A stretch of DNA of 64,000 nucleotides from Bacteroidetes bacterium GWB2_32_14 (GTDB lineage Bacteria > Bacteroidota > Bacteroidia > Bacteroidales > UBA12077): assembly GCA_001768235.1 (NCBI GenBank), contig MENK01000024.1, forward strand, positions 84,468 to 148,467, given 5' to 3'. The position numbers and the translations under genes were made by a program. Each line of letters opens with the position of its first letter. Within the stretch, counting starts at the first letter, position 1. The notes under the pieces were generated by a model that worked only from the letters and a program-made list of their open reading frames with translations, was not told where the DNA came from and did no database searches. This document shows positions 18,058 to 27,303 of this stretch, piece after piece.

Positions 18058-20298
18058 TTACCTGATATGCCATGCAATTTTATCGAGTAGAATCTTTGCA
18101 TTAATAGGTTTTGAAATGTAATCAATACAACCATTCTTTAAACACAATTCTTTTTCATTTTTCATGGCATATGCTGTTTGTGCAATAACCGGAATATCAA
18201 TATTAAGGTCTTTCATTTTATCCAGGAAATCAAAACCGTTCATCAGGGGCATATTTATGTCCAAAAGTATTATATCCGGATGTTTTGCTTTTACCATTTC
18301 CAGCAAAACCATTCCGTTTTCGGCATGTTTAATATTTGCATTGGTACGTGAAAGAAATTCTTTAATTAATAAAAATGATGTGATTTCGTCTTCTGCAACA
18401 TATATTAATTTACCTGAAAAGTTAAATTCTTTCTTCTGCTCACTTTCTTCTTTTAAAAGCTCATTTTCTTCTTCGGGTGTAATTAGAGGAATTTTAAAAG
18501 TAAAAGTTGATCCTTTTCCTAACTCGGATTTAAGTTCAATGCTTCCATGCATTAATTCAAGGATTCCTTTACAAATGCTTAAACCAAGCCCCGTTCCTTC
18601 TTTTATGCGCCTGTTCTCCGATTGCATAAATCTTCCAAAAATAAGCTCTTGTTCTTTTTCCGAAATTCCTATACCCTCATCTTTAACCGAAAAGTGAATC
18701 TGTTTATTCTCTTTATCAACCACGAAATTTACTTTAATAACACCCTTGTCTGAATACCTGATTGCATTCGAGATTAGGTTATCTAATACTTGTTTTAAAC
18801 GTATGGGATCGGTTTTACAAACCATGTAAAAATATTCGCTGGATGTTGTATGAATTAATTCAAGGTCATTTTTTATTTTAAATTCATGGCTTTCTTTGTA
18901 AAAAGCAATTGATTGTTCAACGATATCATAAATATTGCCCCAGATATACTGGATATTTAACAGGTTGGATTCGATCTTTGAGATATCAATAATATCGTCG
19001 ATAATTCGCAAAAGTTTTTTTCCCGCATTATTTATGTGAATAATAAACGATTGTGATTTTTCATGTGTTTGTTGTGTTGCAAGAAGTTCGGAGAAACCCA
19101 TAATAGCATTCATAGGAGTACGAATTTCGTGGCTCATATTGGCCAGAAATGCTGATTTTAAACGGTCGCTTTCTTCTGCTTTTTTCTTTGCTTTTTCAAG
19201 TTCGGTAATAAGTTTTTCGGTTCTTTCCAGGTTTTCTTCAAGCTCCTCGTTTTGTGCAAGATATTCTTCGTTTAAAGAAAGGTACTCCTCGTTACTTTCT
19301 TTTAATTCGATTTCTGCTTTTTTTCGTTCTGAAATGTCTTTATGTGTCCCGATAACACGTGTTGGGTTATTATTTTTATCCCATTCCATTACTTTTCCCA
19401 TATCCAGCACCCATTTGTATGAGCCATCTTTACAAAGCAAACGGTGTTCGTTTATATGATGCTGAATTTTGCCTGTTAATAGTTTATTTAAATCGGAAAT
19501 AGCTTTCTCTTTATCATCGGGATGAATTCTTATTTCCCATTCTTCATAGGTATTTTGAATATCCTCATCAGAATAACCCAGCATGTTTTTCCATTGTTTC
19601 GAGAAATAGACTTCTTTTGTTTGTGGATTCCAATCCCAAACACCATCTCCACTGCCTTCGAGCGCGTATTGCCATCGTTGTTCGCTTTCTTTCAGGGCTT
19701 TACGTGTATTCCAGCTTTGTTTTTGTTTAACCATCATTCTGCCAAGTATCATTGAGCCAATGGGATACAGCAGGATTACCGGAAGCCCAATTTTTTTAAG
19801 TGTTGGAATTGTTCTTCCTTCAGGTAAAAACAGGGTACAAATCAACATTACTACATGCACTATAAAACCAAGATAATATAATTCGGCAGTACCATAATTT
19901 ATCTTGTCTTTTATAAAAATTGTTCTCAGATTTCTCCAACCAATTCCAATTAAGCCTGAGCTGATTATTACGCTTACACCCATCAACATGCCGTCACCTC
20001 CCATGTAAACCCTGAAGATGGTTGTTATTGTCATAGCTATTAATGTAGGTATTGAGCCAAAAAATAAACCGGAAATAGAAAGCATTATTGAACGGGTATC
20101 AAATACTAAACCGGGATATAAAGTCCATGGAGTTAACATCAATATTATGCCAATGCATCCTAATACTATACCGGTAATTATTTTATATATAGCGTTCTTT
20201 TTTATTTCAATTTTAACCCACGCTAAATCATATAACATGCTAAATGACAGGAGAATGGCGGTGTTTTGCAATAACCCCAGTATCATGAGTTTTTCCAT
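18058..20298 (-). CDS. Hybrid sensor histidine kinase (5TMR-LYT membrane domain, PAS, HisKA, HATPase, receiver)
   Basis: Multi-TM N-terminus, a PAS region (WDWNP...), the canonical H-box SAFLANMSHEIRTPMNAI, N/G boxes (NLISNAIRY, DEGIGI, GTGLGLSI) and a C-terminal receiver (ILLDINMP). Confidence 0.9.
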   Translation of the reverse strand: MEKLMILGLLQNTAILLSFSMLYDLAWVKIEIKKNAIYKIITGIVLGCIGIILMLTPWTLYPGLVFDTRSIMLSISGLFFGSIPTLIAMTITTIFRVYMGGDGMLMGVSVIISSGLIGIGWRNLRTIFIKDKINYGTAELYYLGFIVHVVMLICTLFLPEGRTIPTLKKIGLPVILLYPIGSMILGRMMVKQKQSWNTRKALKESEQRWQYALEGSGDGVWDWNPQTKEVYFSKQWKNMLGYSDEDIQNTYEEWEIRIHPDDKEKAISDLNKLLTGKIQHHINEHRLLCKDGSYKWVLDMGKVMEWDKNNNPTRVIGTHKDISERKKAEIELKESNEEYLSLNEEYLAQNEELEENLERTEKLITELEKAKKKAEESDRLKSAFLANMSHEIRTPMNAIMGFSELLATQQTHEKSQSFIIHINNAGKKLLRIIDDIIDISKIESNLLNIQYIWGNIYDIVEQSIAFYKESHEFKIKNDLELIHTTSSEYFYMVCKTDPIRLKQVLDNLISNAIRYSDKGVIKVNFVVDKENKQIHFSVKDEGIGISEKEQELIFGRFMQSENRRIKEGTGLGLSICKGILELMHGSIELKSELGKGSTFTFKIPLITPEEENELLKEESEQKKEFNFSGKLIYVAEDEITSFLLIKEFLSRTNANIKHAENGMVLLEMVKAKHPDIILLDINMPLMNGFDFLDKMKDLNIDIPVIAQTAYAMKNEKELCLKNGCIDYISKPINAKILLDKIAWHIR

Positions 20299-20528
20299 AG
20301 GTTTTAATTAAAATATTACTAGATTTCTAATCCCTCTAAAAAAAGCTATCGTGAAGAATGTATTAACCGTTAAATTATAAAATATTTATGATTAATTCAA
20401 AATGTAATTCAAAATTATTCAAAACAAATGAAGGGGGGATTATATCTTTTTTAGAATCTCTATTTATAACAGCTTTCTAATATATGAATTTGGATGATTT
20501 AAGGGTCTTAATACATATAAAACCCATG

Positions 20529-20909
20529 CTAATCTATACTTCTGAATTTTTTAATGGCTTTTAATATCTTTTCAAAAGAATAAGGCTTAGTTAATAAGTT
20601 ATCAAATCCGGCATTATTATAATTACTAAAGAAATCGGCCGGATTATGTGCTGTTAAAGCAATTATCGGAATTTTATTCTTTGGGAAGGAGAAGTTTTCT
20701 CTAATGTATTTTGTTGTTTCAACACCGTTCATTACAGGCATTTCAATATCCATTAATACAATATCTATTGTTTTTGTTTGAAGCAATTCAATGGCTGACT
20801 TGCCATTATCAGCTTCGAAAATCAATGGGCATATCTCTTTAATGATTTCTTTTAAGAGCATCCTATTCATTAAAATGTCATCTACTATTAAACAGGAAAA
20901 GGGTTTCAT
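20529..20909 (-). CDS. Single-domain response regulator (receiver only)
   Basis: LIVDD, VLMDIEMP, ALTAH and TKP: the receiver acidic pocket, phospho-Asp, Thr and Lys positions. Confidence 0.85.
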   Translation of the reverse strand: MKPFSCLIVDDILMNRMLLKEIIKEICPLIFEADNGKSAIELLQTKTIDIVLMDIEMPVMNGVETTKYIRENFSFPKNKIPIIALTAHNPADFFSNYNNAGFDNLLTKPYSFEKILKAIKKFRSID

Positions 20910-20919
20910 AACTATATTT

Positions 20920-21606
20920 TTATCCTAATTTACTTAATGTTTCAATAATGTTTAAACTATTAATTTTCACATTTTTCCCTTCAATATCTATAATTTTATC
21001 GTTTTTAAACTCGGTTAAGGTACGAATAAAGCTTTCTTTGGTTGTTCCTGCAAGTTCTGCCAATTCAGTTCTCGACATAGGAAATTCAAAGCTATTTGAG
21101 TTAAAAATCTGTTTAGAAAAATAAAGGATTATATCTGCCACTCTTCCGGGCAATTGTTTCTGGTTTTGAGCCATTAATTTATCAAAAAAGTAAAGATTAT
21201 CTGCACTTAGTAATTGAATCAGCAGTATTGCAAAACGTCCATTTTGCTCCATTACTTCTTTAAAGCATGCAATATCAATAAAAAGTATTTCAGCGTTTTC
21301 AATTGCCGATGCTGAATAGCGGAACGTGTCCTCTCCAAAAATTGAAATATTGGCGAGAAAATGGCCGGGAGTGACAATTTTAAATATTATAACTTTTTTA
21401 TTTCTCCCCTCTTTATAAATCTTTATTAATCCGGATTGCACAAACATAACATGCGATGTGCGTGTATTCTGCTTAAAAACGATGTCTTTTTTATTAAACT
21501 TAACTGTATTGCTATTCTTATTAATAAGTTCAGCTTGTTCAGATGTTAAGTATTCCAAACAAGGTATTCCACCTTGATAGATATTTTCATCGATAGGATA
21601 AACCAT
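20920..21606 (-). CDS. Crp/Fnr family transcriptional regulator
   Basis: N-terminal cNMP-binding-like beta-roll (FKQNTRTSHVMFVQSGLIKIY) and a C-terminal HTH (SRTELAELAGTTKESFIRTL). No N-terminal Fnr Cys cluster. Confidence 0.85.
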   Translation of the reverse strand: MVYPIDENIYQGGIPCLEYLTSEQAELINKNSNTVKFNKKDIVFKQNTRTSHVMFVQSGLIKIYKEGRNKKVIIFKIVTPGHFLANISIFGEDTFRYSASAIENAEILFIDIACFKEVMEQNGRFAILLIQLLSADNLYFFDKLMAQNQKQLPGRVADIILYFSKQIFNSNSFEFPMSRTELAELAGTTKESFIRTLTEFKNDKIIDIEGKNVKINSLNIIETLSKLG

Positions 21607-21801
21607 AAGAATAATGGATTTATGTAAATATATGAAATTTTTTGAATGGTGATCTAATTCTCAATTTTTTGGTGATATAAATCATCGCAAACAAGCAAGG
21701 AAGATCATTATGGAAATTTGAAATGATTCGTGTAAGGTATGTACTTTTATAATATGCAAGTGTAAAAATTAAATCATTGTAATTCAGTTAAATAAACGAT
21801 C

Positions 21802-22179
21802 ATGAGTGCGAAAAAGAAAATTATAGTGGTTGATGATTCGGAAACAAACCTTGTTCTTTTAGAAGCTATTTTAGAGGATGAAGGATTTATTGTTAAAACA
21901 GCTTTTAGCGTTAAAGAAGCAACTGAATTGTTAAAAGATTATAAGCCAAACTTAATTTTACTGGATTTATTAATGCCAAACGAAAATGGTTTCGATTTAC
22001 TTAAAAAACTAAAGTTAAATTCGAGTTATAAAGATATTCCGGTAATTATTGTTACTGCTTTTGCAAACAGAGAAAACTCCGCTATTGCTTTCGATTTGGG
22101 AGCATTTGATATTATTGAGAAACCAATTGATATACCCTTTTTTCTGGAAAAGGTAAACAAGGCCCTTGCAATTTTTTAA
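21802..22179 (+). CDS. Single-domain response regulator (CheY-like receiver), first gene of the chemosensory cluster
   Basis: IVVDDSE, ILLDLLMP, IVTAF and EKP. Confidence 0.85.
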   Translation: MSAKKKIIVVDDSETNLVLLEAILEDEGFIVKTAFSVKEATELLKDYKPNLILLDLLMPNENGFDLLKKLKLNSSYKDIPVIIVTAFANRENSAIAFDLGAFDIIEKPIDIPFFLEKVNKALAIF

Positions 22180-22195
22180 TCATAATATTTTTAAA

Positions 22196-23992
22196 ATGAC
22201 TGAAAAGGAATTGGAAAATAAAATAAAGGTTAAGGCATTACTTGAAACATATTCTACAAAAGATATATGTAAAATATTTACAACTATCGATAGTAAAATA
22301 TACTCATTGCACGAATGCTCATCCGATGATTTTCTTCGGTTAAATAACGATTTTAAACAATTATATAACCAGTCAAAATTAATTTCGGAAAATGTTGCTG
22401 AAATATTTAATATCCTGAATACAAATAAAAACAAGCTTTTATATAACGAGATTTACACCTATTGTGAGAAAATAATTGAAAACACAAAAACTTTTGATCA
22501 TAACCTGATCGTGATAATCGATTTTTTAAAGGATTTGTCGAATCAATTAAGGTTTGTTTTTTTCCCGGTTAAGAATTATGGCCAAAATTTAATGAGCCTT
22601 AAATACTTAATAGCGAATTTAAATCTTACTGTATCTTATTCAAAAGAAAATAGTGACGCATTAAAAAGCTTTAAAAGAATCGAGGAAAATATAAACGGGT
22701 TGAAATCATTGCTGGAAAAAATACCAAAAATCGTTAATGCTTCCAGGAAAATATCGAGAATAATTACTTCAAATTTCGCACTGGGTAAAGAAACACCAGA
22801 TACGAATATTGAATCCATATTAAATGCAGTAAAGTCAAGTATAGGATTAATTGAAAGGAAATACAAAGCGAATGAAAATAATATCCCGGATATTCGAAAG
22901 AAAACGGATAAATCGGCTGAGAATATTAGTGATATAATTAAAAAATTACAGTATCAGGATATTATTAAGCAAAAAATGGAGCATATTCAGCATACACATA
23001 AAGACCTTATTAATGAACTTTATGAGTTTGAAAATACTTCTGACGAAGAAAAATATATTAACGAAAAAGCAAAGTTTTTCTTGCGCATAAGAGATATTGC
23101 AGGATTACAGGCAGCTCAGCTTATCCATGCAAATAAGGAGTACCAGTCTGCCCTGGAAATAATTATTAATAATTTTATACAAATAGGAGATAATATGAAA
23201 ATTATCTCTCAATTGTGTAATGATATTGTTACGGATAATGAAAATGATGAAGAAAGATTATTTGATGAGATAGTGCAAAATATCAAGCGTTCGGAAGAAT
23301 GCTACCTTAATAAAAACAACCAGAATAAAAAGCTATACAAAGAGCTAAATTCAATAGAATATCAATTAACCCAGTCAGAGAAAAGTTTCGCACTGCTGAA
23401 TGAACTAAATAATGATTTAAACATAAATATTAATCAATATTTTAAGGAAATAGAAAAACTGTCGGAACATGATGAGAATATTAAACAATCTTTAATACAA
23501 TTAAAAAGCCTTTATAAAGATATTCAGCAAAATGGTTTAAAACTGATTGGTTTTAATGGCCTGCTAGCTCCTTTAAAAAAACATGTTCAGAGCCTGATTA
23601 ACGACAAAACCGATACATCATTAAATAAAAATTTTGAAAGAATTGAAAAAGCCGTGAGCCATTTACATTCATTACGCTTTAGCCTTGATAGCAAATTAAA
23701 GGAAAATCAGGATATAAGTAATGGTGTATTAAATGGAATTAAAAAATCAATTTCCGAAATAAAGTATTATGATTTTTTCGAAAAAATAATTGATGAGATA
23801 ATAACAGAATTAAATACAATAAACTATAACCTGAAGATTGATGATGAAGAAATAAGCAGTAAAGAAGAAAATTTAAAGAAACTTAAAAGTTATTATACTA
23901 TGCAAACCGAGCATTTAATTCATGAGCAGGTCGAAAAAGGAGAAAAAGCGGATATAGAAAGCGATGATAATGGCGAAATAGAATTCTTTTAA
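22196..23992 (+). CDS. Large coiled-coil protein of unknown family with a CheZ-like DxxxQ motif and an acidic aromatic C-terminal tail
   Basis: The track ORF starts at a TTG at 22166. The ATG at 22196 (MTEKELENK) is more likely, 16 nt after the receiver stop. The protein is helical and low-complexity throughout. It carries KLQYQDIIKQKMEHI at 22943-22987 and ends ...ADIESDDNGEIEFF. Confidence 0.6.
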   Translation: MTEKELENKIKVKALLETYSTKDICKIFTTIDSKIYSLHECSSDDFLRLNNDFKQLYNQSKLISENVAEIFNILNTNKNKLLYNEIYTYCEKIIENTKTFDHNLIVIIDFLKDLSNQLRFVFFPVKNYGQNLMSLKYLIANLNLTVSYSKENSDALKSFKRIEENINGLKSLLEKIPKIVNASRKISRIITSNFALGKETPDTNIESILNAVKSSIGLIERKYKANENNIPDIRKKTDKSAENISDIIKKLQYQDIIKQKMEHIQHTHKDLINELYEFENTSDEEKYINEKAKFFLRIRDIAGLQAAQLIHANKEYQSALEIIINNFIQIGDNMKIISQLCNDIVTDNENDEERLFDEIVQNIKRSEECYLNKNNQNKKLYKELNSIEYQLTQSEKSFALLNELNNDLNININQYFKEIEKLSEHDENIKQSLIQLKSLYKDIQQNGLKLIGFNGLLAPLKKHVQSLINDKTDTSLNKNFERIEKAVSHLHSLRFSLDSKLKENQDISNGVLNGIKKSISEIKYYDFFEKIIDEIITELNTINYNLKIDDEEISSKEENLKKLKSYYTMQTEHLIHEQVEKGEKADIESDDNGEIEFF

Positions 23993-24009
23993 AAGTAAAA
24001 ACCAACGAT

Positions 24010-24324
24010 ATGAAATCAAAAGAAAAAAATATTCAATTAATTCCTTCGGGCAATACGAAAGTGGTTATTATACTTGAACATGAACTTACCATGTTCACAA
24101 TTGAAAAAATTAAAAGTAAAATAATTGATGCGTTTCAGCAGTATGATTTTATAGATTTAAACCTTAAAAAGGTTCATAACATGGATCTTACATTTGTCCA
24201 GTTATTATACTCCCTAAAGGTGTCCGCGCAAAAGTTGAATAAAAAAATAGTATTTAAGGCAGATATGCCTGATGATTTACGATCGCTTTTTGAAAATTCA
24301 GATTTGAATAAAATATTGGTATAA
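24010..24324 (+). CDS. STAS-domain protein (anti-sigma-factor-antagonist-like)
   Basis: 104 aa with a SpoIIAA-like layout. The ...DLNLKKVHNMDLTFVQLL segment sits where the phosphorylatable loop DxSGVxFMDSSG lies. Recognition is by eye, so confidence is moderate. Confidence 0.55.
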   Translation: MKSKEKNIQLIPSGNTKVVIILEHELTMFTIEKIKSKIIDAFQQYDFIDLNLKKVHNMDLTFVQLLYSLKVSAQKLNKKIVFKADMPDDLRSLFENSDLNKILV

Positions 24325-24344
24325 TAAAGAAAATATCTAAAACT

Positions 24345-24710
24345 ATGAGCAAAGTTATTTTAATTGTTGATGATTCTGAGAGTATCCGGGAAGTGGTAAA
24401 TTTCACATTAGAAAACGAAGGCTATAAAGTACTTATTGGTATTGATGGCAAGGATGCTTTAAAATTCCTTGATGGCAGGCCTATCGATTTAATTATTACC
24501 GATTTACATATGCCGGAAATGGATGGTATCGAATTAATAAAACATATTCGTACCGTTGATGCATATAAGCATATTCCTATCTTATTTCTAACTACAGAAT
24601 CTCAGGTTTCAAAAAAAATGGAAGCCAAAGATGCCGGAGCAACCGGATGGATAATTAAGCCATTTGTCCCCGCGAAATTAATTGAAGCACTTAAAAAAGT
24701 AATACGATGA
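24345..24710 (+). CDS. cheY: Chemotaxis response regulator CheY
   Basis: 121 aa with LIVDDSES, IITDLHMPEMDG, LTTE and IIKPF. Overlaps cheA by 4 nt (ATGA). Confidence 0.9.
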   Translation: MSKVILIVDDSESIREVVNFTLENEGYKVLIGIDGKDALKFLDGRPIDLIITDLHMPEMDGIELIKHIRTVDAYKHIPILFLTTESQVSKKMEAKDAGATGWIIKPFVPAKLIEALKKVIR

Positions 24711-26755
24711 TAGATAAATTCAAAAATAAATTTATCGAAGAAGCAACAGATAATATTAATGATCTGGAAGATGCTTTATTGCTTATTGAGAATGATACCC
24801 AAAACAAAGAACTTGTCGAAAGAATATTCAGGGCTATGCATTCCCTGAAAGGCGGCGGAGCCATGTTTGGGTTCAACCAATTAAGTGAGTTTACTCATAA
24901 CCTCGAGAATTTGTACGACATTGTCAGAGAAGGGAAACAACAGATTACAAGGAACCTTTTAGATGTTACATTAGCATCTGTTGACCACATGAAAGTGTTA
25001 ATAACAAATGAAAACCTTGATACTCCTGAAATCAAAGCAAGGCAAGAAGAATTAACCCTTCAAATAAAAAAGGTAATGGCCAACGATATTAGCAAAGAAA
25101 AAACTGTTGCCTCTGATACAATCCGGAAAAACAAAAACATTAAAACCTACTACATTTATTTTGAACCTGATATCAATGTGTTTAACGATGGTACAAACCC
25201 CTTGTTTTTAATCGACGAGTTATATACACTCGGGAATTGTAAAACATATGCTCATTTTAATAAAGTTCCCGATCTTAACAAAATTGATGTTACCAAATGT
25301 TATACATACTGGGAGATTCTGTTAGCTACCAACGAAGATATTAATGTAATTACTGATGTTTTTATTTTTATAGAAGATCAGTGTAAACTGGAGATAAATG
25401 AAATTGCTGATTATGATATTACATCAACTCCGGAGATAATTGAAAAGATATCGGTATTAGCGGCAGAAAGAAAAGATGTTGGAATTGCTGAGATTCAAAA
25501 TATTATAAAGGCAACAGCAAAAGCCAGGTTCGATTCAATAAATGCCGATGAGGTAATCTCTAAAGCAGGAAATCTTCCATCTGTAAAAGAAAATGTTATT
25601 TCCAGTATCAGGGTTTCATCTAACAAGTTGGATCAATTAATGAACCTTGTTAGTGAACTTGTTACAACCCAGGCAAGATTAAGTTTGTTTGCTGAAAAGT
25701 TAGGCGATCCTGAAGTGTTTGCTATTGCTGAAAATGTTCAGAAATTATCACGGCAACTTCGTGACAATGCGTTTGATATTGTGTTGGTTCCTATTGAAAC
25801 GATGATTACCCGCTTCCAGCGATTAGTCAGGGACCTGTCAAAAGAACTGAACAAAAATGTTGTATTTATTGCCGAAGGTACCGATACAGAATTAGATAAA
25901 ACAATTATTGAATCTTTAACAGATCCTTTATTGCATATAATCCGAAATTGTATCGATCATGGAATTGAAACAGCCGATACCAGAAAAAGGCTGAATAAGC
26001 CGGAACAAGGTAAAATCCTTTTAAAAGCATTTTATTCGGGAGCCAATGTCCATATTAAAATACATGATGATGGCGCGGGAATTGATCTGGAAAGAATCAG
26101 GGATAAAGCAATCCAGAAGGGGATAATCGGAAAAGATAGCGTACTGAATAAAAAAGAAACACTAGACCTCGTTTTCTTGCCGGGATTTTCAACAGTTCAA
26201 AATGTTACGGATGTCTCAGGCAGGGGCGTTGGAATGGACGTGGTTAAACGTAAGCTTGCTGAAATCCGTGGTGAAGTGGAACTTGATTCCGAAGTTGGTG
26301 TGGGTACAACCTTAACATTAAAATTGCCTCTTACTTTATCAATAATTGATGGATTACTTGTGAAAATTGATCAGATTCATTATGTAATTCCATTGTCAGT
26401 TGTAAAAAAAATATATGCTACTGAACATAACCAGGTTATTAATAAATACAATAACCTGATAGTTCTGGATAATGAACGAATTCCTTTTTATTATTTAAGA
26501 GAAGAGTTTAGTTTACCTGAATCGAATCAGAAGATAGAACAGGTAATAGTTGTTTCTTTCGAAGATAAACAAATTGGTTTGGTTGTAGATGAAGTGGTTG
26601 GCGAATACCAGGCCGTACTAAAATCTTTGGGGAGAATGTATAAAAAACAGGAAATAATATCAGGAGCAACCATCCTGGGTGATGGAACAGTTGCCCTTGT
26701 TATGGATACAAACAAAATTATCAATAAGTTTTCGCAGGGAAAACTAAATATTTAA
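24707..26755 (+). CDS. cheA: Chemotaxis histidine kinase CheA
   Basis: Hpt P1 motif FRAMHSLKGGGAMFG, a dimerisation region, HATPase boxes (HIIRNCIDHGIE, DDGAGID, GRGVGMDVV) and a C-terminal CheW-like P5 domain. Confidence 0.95.
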   Translation: MIDKFKNKFIEEATDNINDLEDALLLIENDTQNKELVERIFRAMHSLKGGGAMFGFNQLSEFTHNLENLYDIVREGKQQITRNLLDVTLASVDHMKVLITNENLDTPEIKARQEELTLQIKKVMANDISKEKTVASDTIRKNKNIKTYYIYFEPDINVFNDGTNPLFLIDELYTLGNCKTYAHFNKVPDLNKIDVTKCYTYWEILLATNEDINVITDVFIFIEDQCKLEINEIADYDITSTPEIIEKISVLAAERKDVGIAEIQNIIKATAKARFDSINADEVISKAGNLPSVKENVISSIRVSSNKLDQLMNLVSELVTTQARLSLFAEKLGDPEVFAIAENVQKLSRQLRDNAFDIVLVPIETMITRFQRLVRDLSKELNKNVVFIAEGTDTELDKTIIESLTDPLLHIIRNCIDHGIETADTRKRLNKPEQGKILLKAFYSGANVHIKIHDDGAGIDLERIRDKAIQKGIIGKDSVLNKKETLDLVFLPGFSTVQNVTDVSGRGVGMDVVKRKLAEIRGEVELDSEVGVGTTLTLKLPLTLSIIDGLLVKIDQIHYVIPLSVVKKIYATEHNQVINKYNNLIVLDNERIPFYYLREEFSLPESNQKIEQVIVVSFEDKQIGLVVDEVVGEYQAVLKSLGRMYKKQEIISGATILGDGTVALVMDTNKIINKFSQGKLNI

Positions 26756-26762
26756 ATTAATT

Positions 26763-26768
26763 GGGAGG
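26763..26768 (+). promoter_or_regulatory. Shine-Dalgarno-like GGGAGG 7 nt upstream of the cheW-1 ATG
   Basis: ttGGGAGGtatagctATG. Most other starts in the window lack any purine-rich SD. Confidence 0.35.
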
Positions 26769-26775
26769 TATAGCT

Positions 26776-27237
26776 ATGAAAGAAGAAGCCATGGACAAGA
26801 CTATTTCCTATCTTTCGTTTCATCTCGGAGAAGAAGAATTTGCTGCACATGTTAGTAAGGTGCTTAACATTCTCGAGATGATTAAAATTATTGAAGTACC
26901 AAATGCTCCTGAATATATGAAAGGAGTTATTAATCTGAGAGGTACAGTCCTTCCTGTTGTTGATACACGTGTAAAATTTGGAATGACACCAACAGTTTAT
27001 ACCCCAAATACATGTATTGTGGTCATGGATGTGGAGATTGAAAACGAAATGGTAAAAGTTGGGGCTTTGGTTGATTCTGTTCAGGCAGTTCTCGAGATCG
27101 AAGAATCAATGATTCAACCTCCACCAAGCATTGGAAGTAAATATAAGTCTGAATTTATTTACGGCATGGCAAAGATCGATGATAAGTTTATTATGCTTCT
27201 TGATATGGAAAAAGTTTTTTCGAATGACGAAATCTAA
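26776..27237 (+). CDS. cheW: Chemotaxis coupling protein CheW (copy 1)
   Basis: CheW fold motifs (FAAHV..V..I, GVINLRGTVLPVVD, IVV). The track start is the TTG at 26761. The ATG at 26776, preceded by GGAGG, is preferred. Confidence 0.9.
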   Translation: MKEEAMDKTISYLSFHLGEEEFAAHVSKVLNILEMIKIIEVPNAPEYMKGVINLRGTVLPVVDTRVKFGMTPTVYTPNTCIVVMDVEIENEMVKVGALVDSVQAVLEIEESMIQPPPSIGSKYKSEFIYGMAKIDDKFIMLLDMEKVFSNDEI

Positions 27238-27303
27238 AAACAGGACAATAAAAGAAATAGAAATAAAAACAAACAGATAATTAAAAACTAATAAATTAAA
27301 ACT

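Noticed and set aside
18164-18697. Long antisense ORFs inside well-supported genes (18164..18697 +, 19139..19459 +, 33346..33888 -, 34461..34820 -, 11392..11820 -, and others in the track)
   Set aside because: Each lies entirely within a gene with strong domain motifs on the other strand, and none shows a recognisable motif. AT-rich genomes with biased codon use produce such shadows.
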